Origin: a virus
DNA: 64,000 bases
IMG/VR virus record: IMGVR_UViG_3300050343_000218
Direction: 5' to 3' (one strand)
Below, piece after piece: positions 1 to 8,024 of the stretch. The notes beneath the pieces are model-generated. The model did not search any database and was not told the origin of the DNA. It saw only the letters and a program-made list of their open reading frames with translations. How positions within the stretch are numbered: position 1 is the stretch's first letter; every line of letters begins with the position of its first letter. A program made the position numbers and the translations under genes.

Positions 1-650
1 GCAAAATCAATAGCTGCAAGATATGTTTCAGGAGATTGGTTCAGCATTTGCTGAAATCTAATTTGATTAGCGGGATCCAATGCCTGATGAACAGCAACTG
101 CACGCTTAGCAGAATACTGATCCATCTTAATAGAATTATCACCAACTCGAACGTCAGCAAATCCTTGGGTGTCTCCAATTTCGCCAGCAGCAAGTTGAGT
201 TGCTGTTGCTAGTACATCATTTTCCATAACAAATTCTTCTTTTTTAAACTTCTTAGTTTGATCGGATGCTTTCTTTTTAAAGTCAGAAAGACGTGCCTTC
301 ATCAGGGTGTCCATCTCTTTGGTTTTAGATTGCATCTTGCTCTTAGCTTCGTCTCTCTTCTTTTGGAGATCCTTAGCACGACCAAGTTTCTTGCCTTGCT
401 GAATTTGCTTTTGAGCTCTTTCAGTTTCGCTAGAAGCTTCAGTAATTTTCTTCAGTTCTTCAGACATTTTTCCTTTTCGATTTAGTAAAACGCGAGAGAC
501 GAGTTTACGACCTGCTTTAGTACGCCCATCATAGCGAGCGTTATTCTTTTTGTATTTAGTACGTGAACGTTTTCCAACAATGACGTGAGCAGGAGGCAAT
601 GCAACTCTACTGCCGTCACCAGCTGAATTTACGGGAGCATCCTCGTTCAT
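1..650 (-). CDS. Hypothetical late-region protein, partial (runs off left edge; not in ORF track)
   Basis: Hand translation: ATG at 650 (ATGA overlap with upstream stop), MNEDAPVNSAGDG...RYDGRTKAGRKLV...KMSEELKK...YLAAIDF, 216 codons with no stop to the window edge. Confidence 0.8.
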   Translation of the reverse strand, partial: MNEDAPVNSAGDGSRVALPPAHVIVGKRSRTKYKKNNARYDGRTKAGRKLVSRVLLNRKGKMSEELKKITEASSETERAQKQIQQGKKLGRAKDLQKKRDEAKSKMQSKTKEMDTLMKARLSDFKKKASDQTKKFKKEEFVMENDVLATATQLAAGEIGDTQGFADVRVGDNSIKMDQYSAKRAVAVHQALDPANQIRFQQMLNQSPETYLAAIDF

Positions 651-1006
651 AGTTGATCCAATTCCTCTAAAGTATATGTATCAATATAAGGATCGTCTAA
701 TTCTGCAGGCAATTGATTTATGTACTTAAGAAAAGACTTTAGTATTTGCCAATTAGACTTGTCTATCTTATGGAATAGCATAAGAGTAGAAGCTTCACCA
801 AAAATATTGTAGATAACAATAATATGATTAAGAATGAGATGAACCTTTAGTTCACCTGTCTTCTCATAACGTTTAAACAATCTCTTGATATATTTAAAAC
901 GTTTTAAATCCTCAAGGAAGTCCTCGTAAGTTATTCCTTGAGGATTGTTGTAGTTTTTTGAGGCAAAGAGAAGAAAGTTTTCATCATTTAAATAGTCAAA
1001 TCTCAT
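647..1006 (-). CDS. Conserved T4-like phage hypothetical protein (119 aa)
   Basis: MRFDYLNDENFLLFASKNYNNPQ...EDLKRFKYIKRL pattern recalled from T4-like cyanophages; coupled to next gene. Confidence 0.75.
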   Translation of the reverse strand: MRFDYLNDENFLLFASKNYNNPQGITYEDFLEDLKRFKYIKRLFKRYEKTGELKVHLILNHIIVIYNIFGEASTLMLFHKIDKSNWQILKSFLKYINQLPAELDDPYIDTYTLEELDQL

Positions 1007-1016
1007 TCTCTAACCA

Positions 1017-1595
1017 TTACGCAGTGGTGATAGCAGCTGTGTCAGAAACCAATTCAGGAGCACCGTTAGTAGAGTTAATCTTCACACGGTATGTGCCAGC
1101 ATTGGTTGCTGCATAGGTTCCAACAGTATACGTTGCAGCAGTTGCACCAGCAACGTTAGCGAAACGATTGCCAGACTTCTTCTGCCACTGATAGGTGAGG
1201 AGTGAAGCATCACCAGGAGGTGTACCAGTAGCGGTGACTGCGAGAGACATAGCAGCGCCCACAGCTACAGCAGCGTCAGCAGGTTGTGAACTGATAGCAA
1301 TTGCTGCAGCAACGTCAGCAGCGATTGAATCATCTGCCTGAGTCTCCGAAGCGTTAGCCTCAGGGTCTTGGATATTCACCAAGCACTCTGACTTGTGACG
1401 TGTGTTTCCAGCAGCGTCTGTATAAGTCTGATACGACCACCAACCAGGAGAAACCAAACCGCGATTACGATTAGCGGCAAGTGCTGCTTCAGTGGCATCG
1501 ATAAACACAACAGTAGCACCACTAGTATCAGCAACCAGAGTTGCTTCTACCGCAGTTTTTGCTGCATTGCTGTCTTCAGCTTTGTAGAGGGACAT
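1017..1595 (-). CDS. Putative virion protein with C-terminal Ig-like domain
   Basis: ISSQPAD...SLAVTATG...LTYQWQK...GATAATYT...AGTYRVKI Ig-fold pattern; late promoter at 1617-1624. Confidence 0.65.
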   Translation of the reverse strand: MSLYKAEDSNAAKTAVEATLVADTSGATVVFIDATEAALAANRNRGLVSPGWWSYQTYTDAAGNTRHKSECLVNIQDPEANASETQADDSIAADVAAAIAISSQPADAAVAVGAAMSLAVTATGTPPGDASLLTYQWQKKSGNRFANVAGATAATYTVGTYAATNAGTYRVKINSTNGAPELVSDTAAITTA

Positions 1596-1616
1596 CGTAC
1601 TAAATCTGTTTAAAAG

Positions 1617-1624
1617 TATTTATA
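1617..1624 (-). promoter_or_regulatory. T4-type late promoter TATAAATA
   Basis: Exact consensus in the short gap upstream of ATG 1595; gp55 is encoded in this window. Confidence 0.7.
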
Positions 1625-1626
1625 AA

Positions 1627-2217
1627 TCAGGATGATGGTGGAAGACCATTAATGGTTTCACGGGTCACGGAGAATTCTTCCTTACCCTTCTCATCAGGGA
1701 CTCCTAAAAGAATACCTCTAGTTTTGTGAGTCTGTTTCCTGAGACCTTGTGCGTGCTGTTCGCGCAGCAGTGCGTTCTGAGTATCAATCTCAGCAGCAGT
1801 CATATGTTCGATCCACTCACCTGTGTTAACAAGTGCCTTAGCTTGTGCTGGAACGATGCAATCCTGAGGGTTATCGACAACGAATTTGACATCCATATCG
1901 CCAGTGAATCCACTGCCGTTTCCTGCCATAGCCATCTCGACATCCATCAAGACTCCTTTAGAAGACATAACCACACGGAAAGATGCACCGTTATGATTGA
2001 TGTCATCACCATTGGCGTCTACTAATTGAACTCTAACATTAGCACCTTTCTTGTATCTACCTTTTTCGTAGACACGAACTGTGTCAATGGTTCCTAGAAT
2101 GTCAGGATTGCCCTGAAAGTATTTGATGGTACCGTCGGCTTGAGGAAGAGCAGTGATAATACCCTGCTCCTCTCTCTCAACGAATTGCGGTTTCCAATTG
2201 TTTGCGTCAACGCCCAT
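1627..2217 (-). CDS. Hypothetical protein (196 aa)
   Basis: Clean ORF filling the gap, with late promoter at 2247-2254; no recognisable motif. Confidence 0.7.
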   Translation of the reverse strand: MGVDANNWKPQFVEREEQGIITALPQADGTIKYFQGNPDILGTIDTVRVYEKGRYKKGANVRVQLVDANGDDINHNGASFRVVMSSKGVLMDVEMAMAGNGSGFTGDMDVKFVVDNPQDCIVPAQAKALVNTGEWIEHMTAAEIDTQNALLREQHAQGLRKQTHKTRGILLGVPDEKGKEEFSVTRETINGLPPSS

Positions 2218-2246
2218 TGGTTTTGATAAAAACTACAGTCTTGAGT

Positions 2247-2254
2247 TATTTATA
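2247..2254 (-). promoter_or_regulatory. T4-type late promoter TATAAATA
   Basis: Exact consensus 30 nt upstream of ATG 2217. Confidence 0.7.
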
Positions 2255-2266
2255 AAAAGTATAGAA

Positions 2267-2467
2267 CTACTCTTCGCGAGCAGCAATTGCTTTCGTGACA
2301 ACCTCAAGAAGTTGGTCATCCATCTCAGTCTTGGTCAACTTAACTGCCTTAGAAAGAATAACAAGACAGATCTCAACCATTTTCTCACCGAGTTCTTCAT
2401 TCTCAGGAATGTTTGAAACGGCATCTTTGATAATTTTCGATGCTAGTGGGAGTAGGAATGCAAGCAT
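2267..2467 (-). CDS. Conserved small cyanophage hypothetical protein (66 aa)
   Basis: MLAFLLPLASKII...AVKLTKTEMDDQLL; CTAAATA at 2492-2498 upstream. Confidence 0.7.
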   Translation of the reverse strand: MLAFLLPLASKIIKDAVSNIPENEELGEKMVEICLVILSKAVKLTKTEMDDQLLEVVTKAIAAREE

Positions 2468-2490
2468 TTTAATAAAGTTATAAGGCTCTA

Positions 2491-2979
2491 TTATTTAGAC
2501 TTCTTTTTGCCCATTGCCTTAGCAATTGCAGAACGTCTGTTCTTCAAATACTTGTCAGACTTATCCACGTCGCCATCATTGTCAACGTCAGAGTCTTCTT
2601 TACCTACGGGATCAAGCTTCTTCTCTTTGATCTCTTCACCAGTGGGTTCAAATCCTGCTTTGACACAGTTGTTGACTTCCTTACCACCTTTCTTTTTGGT
2701 GCCCTTCTTCTTATAACCTTTCCAGCAAGAGGTGTTGCCGTTGTCATCAACGCCGTCCATCTTGACTTCGACAAGATCATACTCCTCGCCGTCAATCTCA
2801 AGAGAGTACTCGCTACCAACACTTTCCTTCTTGACTTTCTTCTTCTTTAGTTTTACTTCTTTAGGATCATCGGAGTCTGCCTTGATTTCAGGCATCACTT
2901 CGATTTCTGATGTCTCTTCAAAGTGCTGAACGTTCCAGTGCTCAAGCGCTTCTTCAAGGAATTTCTTGAAAGGCTTCAT
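2491..2979 (-). CDS. Charged hypothetical protein with CWKGY and DxDxDG motifs; possible internal head protein
   Basis: SCWKGYKKKGTKKKGGKEVNNCVK and KLDPVGKEDSDVDNDGDVDKSDKYL modules; N-terminus MKPFKKFLEE; TATAAATA at 2999-3006. Confidence 0.7.
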   Translation of the reverse strand: MKPFKKFLEEALEHWNVQHFEETSEIEVMPEIKADSDDPKEVKLKKKKVKKESVGSEYSLEIDGEEYDLVEVKMDGVDDNGNTSCWKGYKKKGTKKKGGKEVNNCVKAGFEPTGEEIKEKKLDPVGKEDSDVDNDGDVDKSDKYLKNRRSAIAKAMGKKKSK

Positions 2980-2998
2980 CTTACTAAGTAATTTTAAT

Positions 2999-3006
2999 TA
3001 TTTATA
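2999..3006 (-). promoter_or_regulatory. T4-type late promoter TATAAATA
   Basis: Exact consensus overlapping the stop of the upstream gene. Confidence 0.7.
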
Positions 3007-3235
3007 AAACAGAATGTTCTCTTAGATCCTTGACCCAGGATCTAAATATTTTATTGTTCTCACCCAGTGCAATAACATAGTTTGGACCACGACGGATCAC
3101 TTTACCCGTCTTACCATTAGAAATGTGCTGAACCCAATCTCCTTCGGAGAATATAAGGTCTTTTCTGTAGTCCTCCTGAACGTCTTTTTCAAATCTTTCG
3201 GTGATAGATTTTCTAAATTGACGAAAAGATTTCAT
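3002..3235 (-). CDS. Small KOW/SH3-like domain protein (77 aa; start revised from 3280)
   Basis: MKSFRQF...FSEGDWVQHISNGKTGKVIRRGPNYVI...FRSWVKDL; ATG 3235 lies next to the upstream stop at 3237. Confidence 0.65.
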   Translation of the reverse strand: MKSFRQFRKSITERFEKDVQEDYRKDLIFSEGDWVQHISNGKTGKVIRRGPNYVIALGENNKIFRSWVKDLREHSVL

Positions 3236-3236
3236 A

Positions 3237-3809
3237 CTAGCAGTTCCACTTTCTAAGAGATTTTGACAAACGGTCATCACCCGTGTTGTTGGATGATTTC
3301 TGTCTCTTTCTCATACCTTTCATTCTAGCACAGAAGGATGCCCTACGGGGATTTCCAACCTTTTTTGATGGTGCCTTAAGGTCTGATCCAGGATTTTCTC
3401 TCTCGTAAGACTTGCGTCCTTTTTCGTTGAGTCCTCCTTCTTTGTTCTTACCTGACTTCTTTGTCCAGGCAGCTCCTTCATCCAGTCCCAGTTCCCTTCG
3501 CTTTTCAGCAAGATCGGGGTGAGGGGCGTACAAAGGTCCTTCATAATTTCCAGCGAATTTTGTTTTTGGTTCTCCATCTACAGTCGATTGTTCGGACACT
3601 ATACCAGCGTCAACTGCAGCAGCTTCTTTCTCTGAGTCGGAAGCGTCTGTTACGGAATACTTGTCCCATCCTGCTGAACCGTATCCACACACAGATCGCT
3701 TCTCACGCTTACCGCAAAGGCGACAATATCTTTCCTCGTTTTTGCCGCCTTTACCACAGCTCTCAAGTACAGCTTCAGTGAGCGTTTTAAATTCGTTTAA
3801 ACTTTTCAT
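3237..3809 (-). CDS. Conserved cyanophage hypothetical protein (DUF6321-like)
   Basis: AAWTKKSGKNKEGGLNEKGRKSYERENPGSDLKAP...RRASFCARMKG module; CRLCG...C motif. Confidence 0.7.
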   Translation of the reverse strand: MKSLNEFKTLTEAVLESCGKGGKNEERYCRLCGKREKRSVCGYGSAGWDKYSVTDASDSEKEAAAVDAGIVSEQSTVDGEPKTKFAGNYEGPLYAPHPDLAEKRRELGLDEGAAWTKKSGKNKEGGLNEKGRKSYERENPGSDLKAPSKKVGNPRRASFCARMKGMRKRQKSSNNTGDDRLSKSLRKWNC

Positions 3810-4375
3810 TTAAAGTTTGATGGTAAGGCGTCAGCAATTTCTTTCATTAACTTTTGGCATTCAGTGTCACTAAGGGCACGAGGAATACCTTCTCGAAAGG
3901 TTGCAAAGTCACCAGCAAATGCTGCTCTTCGCATTTTAGTACCAGAGATGGCAAACGTATCTCCGTCTGCATCACGGTTACCTGAGGAAACCACATCGAG
4001 TTTACGGAAGAAATATTCCTTCCCGTTATATTTATGTATGAATTTGAAAGCATCTACTCTATCCGACCCAACCACAAGAGTAGCATCATCATATCCAGCT
4101 GCTTGAATTTCTTGCAAGCACTCAATCACATCTTTCTTAGCACCTGTAATGTTACTGGCATATAACCTGAACATTTTTTTCATCCACGATACTTTATTTT
4201 CTGGGCGTAATGGATTTTTACCTTTGCTATCGTGAGAACGAGAAGTATAAATCCTCCAATCGCAGCTGCCAGCAGCATTTTTAACTCCTTTGATATTTTC
4301 TTCGTGACCTGTAGTGGGTGGTTGAAACCTACCGAAGGTAAAGTAACAACACTTGTAAATATGATCTACCGCCAT
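3806..4375 (-). CDS. HIGH-family nucleotidyltransferase (cytidyltransferase-like)
   Basis: FTFGRFQPPTTGH (HIGH equivalent), VVGSDR, ISGTKMR (KMSKS equivalent). Confidence 0.85.
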   Translation of the reverse strand: MAVDHIYKCCYFTFGRFQPPTTGHEENIKGVKNAAGSCDWRIYTSRSHDSKGKNPLRPENKVSWMKKMFRLYASNITGAKKDVIECLQEIQAAGYDDATLVVGSDRVDAFKFIHKYNGKEYFFRKLDVVSSGNRDADGDTFAISGTKMRRAAFAGDFATFREGIPRALSDTECQKLMKEIADALPSNFK

Positions 4376-5571
4376 TGCTTTTGTATAGTGAAGTTATTGT
4401 ATGCAAACTCAATTCGATTGACCAACTTAATCATATCACCATTCTGATGTAGAACATATCCTTCAGGGGTAGTGACCTTATAACCGTTGTCAGTCTGAAC
4501 GAATGTTCTGAATTGTTCTAGGTGATCTAGTTTATCTATAACAAATTTCTTTGCTATCTGCATCTCTTTGTAGAGTGCCAGCATAGCTTTAAACTTTCTT
4601 TCGTTGTGATCAAGGAACTGTTCACTCTCATATACAAGCTGACGTTTCTTAGTTAGGTTTGCTTGCGTCTTAATCTTAGCCAACTCTTTCTTTGTCTTCT
4701 CGTGATAAAAAATAATCAAATTATCAAGTGCTCTTCTGACATTTTGAACCTCTCTACCTTCACGAATCTCATTATTAAAATACTGCTTTAAGTAAGAAGC
4801 AACGTGAAATTTTTTATCTCCTGTAGTGCCTATATTAGAAACCACAAGGTTTAAAAAATCTCCACATAAATCACACATCTTCTCAATTTTTTTAATGTGA
4901 TTATGAAATTTAACAATCTCGTTACTACTTAAGGTAACACTGTTGATAGGAGTATCATTAGAAATAACTAGTACCTCTGGCACCTTTACAAAGGTATTGA
5001 TAGGAGCACCAGCACGAGCTTGCATTGACTGGAAGTCATCACCAGTATAGTGAGTATGAAAAACTACACCGATCTTCGATACCTTTGCTGCTCTACCAAT
5101 AGGATGATCTATTGGAATGCCATAAGTGATAGTGTTAGGTCTAAAGGTATAAAGTTTCTCTCCATCTACAGTCTCTGTATCAAGTGTGCTGCTGGTGTAT
5201 AACAAGTCACCTTGTACAATACCAGGGATATTAAGCTTACTAAAATATGCCAGTGAGAACTTAAGTTTCTCTGCCAGGTCACCCTCGTAATACATATCCA
5301 CATCTATATCGCTGTAACAAGCTTTAGGTGTCTTGGCAAATACAGACTTAGTACCCACGAAAAACATACCATTTTGAGGATTCTTTCCGCAGATGATAGA
5401 GGGAGCGCCATCCCATTTGGTCTGCATAAATCCATCCGACTTAGACTTTTTACCCAGCATTGCTAACAGTTCTTCAAGAAATGATACTGCTGCCATACAT
5501 CCATCGACGCCGTAGTTCAGCATCTCATCTTCAAGATGCTCCAGGTGCTTAAGCTGTTTTACATTTGCCAT
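4366..5571 (-). CDS. DUF6267-like protein with ligase-type nucleotidyltransferase motifs
   Basis: HLEHLED N-terminus; TKWDG, QGDLL, PEGYVL and IKLVN in the order of ligase motifs I, III, IV, V. Confidence 0.7.
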   Translation of the reverse strand: MANVKQLKHLEHLEDEMLNYGVDGCMAAVSFLEELLAMLGKKSKSDGFMQTKWDGAPSIICGKNPQNGMFFVGTKSVFAKTPKACYSDIDVDMYYEGDLAEKLKFSLAYFSKLNIPGIVQGDLLYTSSTLDTETVDGEKLYTFRPNTITYGIPIDHPIGRAAKVSKIGVVFHTHYTGDDFQSMQARAGAPINTFVKVPEVLVISNDTPINSVTLSSNEIVKFHNHIKKIEKMCDLCGDFLNLVVSNIGTTGDKKFHVASYLKQYFNNEIREGREVQNVRRALDNLIIFYHEKTKKELAKIKTQANLTKKRQLVYESEQFLDHNERKFKAMLALYKEMQIAKKFVIDKLDHLEQFRTFVQTDNGYKVTTPEGYVLHQNGDMIKLVNRIEFAYNNFTIQKQWR

Positions 5572-6713
5572 TAGTCGTCGTAACCTTCGTCTGATGTACT
5601 GAACAATAGTTCATCTTTAAACTTATACGCTGACTGCAATTTGTCTGGCCAAGGTAAACTGCTACCAGATGTATCACGAATATTAAATTTCAACTCCATA
5701 ACTGGTGTCTTCACTGTAATATCAACACGTTGACCAGTACCAGTTTTACCTCCATAATGAACTATGACAGATGTAATGTTAGTTGCATCATCACATTTCT
5801 GTTTAGTCATAGGAAAGCTTTTTATCTTTCCACCAGTCTGCAAATGAGTATAGTGGTATCCATACCCTATAGATCCTCGGATCATACTTTGCAGTAGTCC
5901 TCTATTATACGTAGGGTTTGTAACGTTACCGCCACTGACTACTTCACCCGCAAGAGCTTCTTGAAATATCTTACAAAGTCTTTGATTATCTATACCAAAC
6001 GTTTCAAGAACTTTCAATCCAACTTGATTGGTAATTTTTCCCACAGACAATTCACTCTGAGGAAATATTTTTTTCATACCTAAGTTGGACATCGTTGTTG
6101 TCCCACCTTTCTTTAGAGAAAGATAAATTTCCTGATCCGCTTTCCCTTTACATTTAGTTTTCAAGGTCAAGTCAGTGACAATAGAACCAATGTCATAATT
6201 GGTTGCTGTAGCATCACCAACTTTCCAACTAGTACCAGAAAATACTAATGGTCTTTTCTTGTTCAACTCACCTTCAGAAACAAGAACAAACTGACAGTCA
6301 TTTAAATCATACGTCTTAACAAGATCTTCAATAAAAGCTTTGTATGGATTGTTAGTATATTCATTAGTCTCAATCCAATCATTTAAACCATTCTCCAACT
6401 GCTTCTCAAACAAGTTGCCTGTGTTTGATGCACCACGATTACCTCTGCTACCATCGCCTGCAGTAAATTTAAGATTACTTATCTTTAACTTCGTCTTCAA
6501 TTGCGCTTCTGTAAACTGTCCTTTCAATGCACGTGCATACTTAACATCATTCTTCCTGTCAGAAGCGAAAGCAAGTGGATCGGGAAGCAGTTTCCCATAC
6601 TCAGTCACTAGATAATTCCACAGTCGTGTCGCCTCAATAGCGGACTGCGGATTCATATGGGACACAGCTGCGCTGAGTTCCTTATAATCTTTAGGGATGA
6701 CGTTGTATGCCAT
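5571..6713 (-). CDS. Hypothetical protein, putative PD-(D/E)XK nuclease fold (380 aa)
   Basis: GNLFEKQLE...VTDLTL...IYLSLKKG resembles the E...D...(S)xK core of restriction-like nucleases. Confidence 0.5.
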   Translation of the reverse strand: MAYNVIPKDYKELSAAVSHMNPQSAIEATRLWNYLVTEYGKLLPDPLAFASDRKNDVKYARALKGQFTEAQLKTKLKISNLKFTAGDGSRGNRGASNTGNLFEKQLENGLNDWIETNEYTNNPYKAFIEDLVKTYDLNDCQFVLVSEGELNKKRPLVFSGTSWKVGDATATNYDIGSIVTDLTLKTKCKGKADQEIYLSLKKGGTTTMSNLGMKKIFPQSELSVGKITNQVGLKVLETFGIDNQRLCKIFQEALAGEVVSGGNVTNPTYNRGLLQSMIRGSIGYGYHYTHLQTGGKIKSFPMTKQKCDDATNITSVIVHYGGKTGTGQRVDITVKTPVMELKFNIRDTSGSSLPWPDKLQSAYKFKDELLFSTSDEGYDD

Positions 6714-6750
6714 AAAAAAAGACCCTCCGATGTATTTATCAGAAGGTCTT
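6714..6750 (-). terminator. Terminator-like hairpin carrying late promoter ATAAATA and SD GGAGG
   Basis: AAGACCTTCTGAT-AAATAC-ATCGGAGGGTCTT (13 bp with 2 G:U) with a T7 run directly before ATG 6713. Confidence 0.75.
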
Positions 6751-6757
6751 TAGTCTA

Positions 6758-7429
6758 TCAGAGGTGCCCGTTGTTTTCAAGCCATTCTCGGGTCATCGGG
6801 GTCAGTTCATAATCTGACCACATCGTACCAGCAGCGCAAGACTCAAGTGCATTTTGTGTCATACTCTCAGTTCGTGCTGCCCAAAACGCTTCCTTCTCCC
6901 AAGGAATAGCACTAGGTTGACTTCTGTAGGTATCTTTAGCCATATCTTGCCAGATCTGAGGAACGTCTTCCTCATTATGAATGATACCAATAAAGTTATT
7001 ATTGATACCACCTGCCATACAATCCTGTGCAGCGTGCCATCCTTCGTGACGGACAACACTCATCAACACTCCAGGACGATGAACATATCTTTTGTTAAGA
7101 TAGAAGTGATTGCTAACAGTATGATAGACACCACGATGTCCTACTGGAAAATACTTTTCATCAGCAAGATACACATTAACTCCAACCTGTCCGAATGCAA
7201 CCATAATTTGATTGAACTCAGCTGAAACAAGGTCCCAATTAGAATCAGGATATGCTGAACGAAGATCACCAGAACTATGAATTTGATCAATGCCTTCAGT
7301 GCATTCTTTCAAAAGCATACATCCCATAGCATCCATCGAGAAGTATCCCTTGGTAGGTTTAGCGATTACTGGTGACAGCAATGCAGCTGACAGACCTAGA
7401 AGGGTGCTAAGAATAATAGCGCGTTTCAT
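6758..7429 (-). CDS. Signal-peptide-bearing putative zinc metallopeptidase
   Basis: MKRAIILSTLLGLSAALLSPVIA leader; RHEGWH (HExxH) and downstream WEKEA. Confidence 0.65.
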   Translation of the reverse strand: MKRAIILSTLLGLSAALLSPVIAKPTKGYFSMDAMGCMLLKECTEGIDQIHSSGDLRSAYPDSNWDLVSAEFNQIMVAFGQVGVNVYLADEKYFPVGHRGVYHTVSNHFYLNKRYVHRPGVLMSVVRHEGWHAAQDCMAGGINNNFIGIIHNEEDVPQIWQDMAKDTYRSQPSAIPWEKEAFWAARTESMTQNALESCAAGTMWSDYELTPMTREWLENNGHL

Positions 7430-7602
7430 TTTTTGTCCTCGTAATAAAGATCTAGTTTAGAGTCAAGTTGTCCAATCACTTCGCGAAGTTTTTTGATGCG
7501 ATAGGGGCAACAGGTTTCATCTGTTGTATAGTCTCTCTGCTCACGAATTAGTGCTTGCAGAATTGATACCGCCATTTCAGGGGTAAGTTCTAATTCAATC
7601 AT
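7426..7602 (-). CDS. Small hypothetical protein (58 aa; not in ORF track)
   Basis: MIELELTPEMAVSILQALIREQRDYTTDETCCPYRIKKLREVIGQLDSKLDLYYEDKK; start overlaps the mazG stop and its stop overlaps the next ATG. Confidence 0.75.
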   Translation of the reverse strand: MIELELTPEMAVSILQALIREQRDYTTDETCCPYRIKKLREVIGQLDSKLDLYYEDKK

Positions 7603-8024
7603 CAGATGTCATCCGTCTTACGATTCTCGGAACGATAGATATCAAACGAACCTTCTGGATATCGGGAAAGAAGTTTGACCATATTCTGTGTCAGGATGTG
7701 ATCCAGAGTTACGTCAAGACAAATACAAGCTTGAGTGACATACCACATCACATCTCCCAACTCCTTAACCATATGAAGTTTATTATCGTTGGTAAGTTCT
7801 TTACCTTGGAAAGCAACCTTCTTAACGATCTCAGTAAACTCCCCACCTTCAGCACTGATACCTACAGCAGCAGTTAGAAGACGAGCGATAGGCACACCCT
7901 GTTCTTGCAAATCTTGAATGCGACGAATAAACTCGTCATCATTCTTAGAGGGAATACTTGTAACTTCGTTTACAAACTGAGCATACTTAATGAAATCAAC
8001 TTCTTGATTGTCGGGGGTTTTCAT
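7602..8024 (-). CDS. mazG: MazG nucleotide pyrophosphohydrolase
   Basis: AEGGEFTEIVKK...KELGDVMWY all-alpha NTP-PPase motifs; usual position after gp41. Confidence 0.92.
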   Translation of the reverse strand: MKTPDNQEVDFIKYAQFVNEVTSIPSKNDDEFIRRIQDLQEQGVPIARLLTAAVGISAEGGEFTEIVKKVAFQGKELTNDNKLHMVKELGDVMWYVTQACICLDVTLDHILTQNMVKLLSRYPEGSFDIYRSENRKTDDI

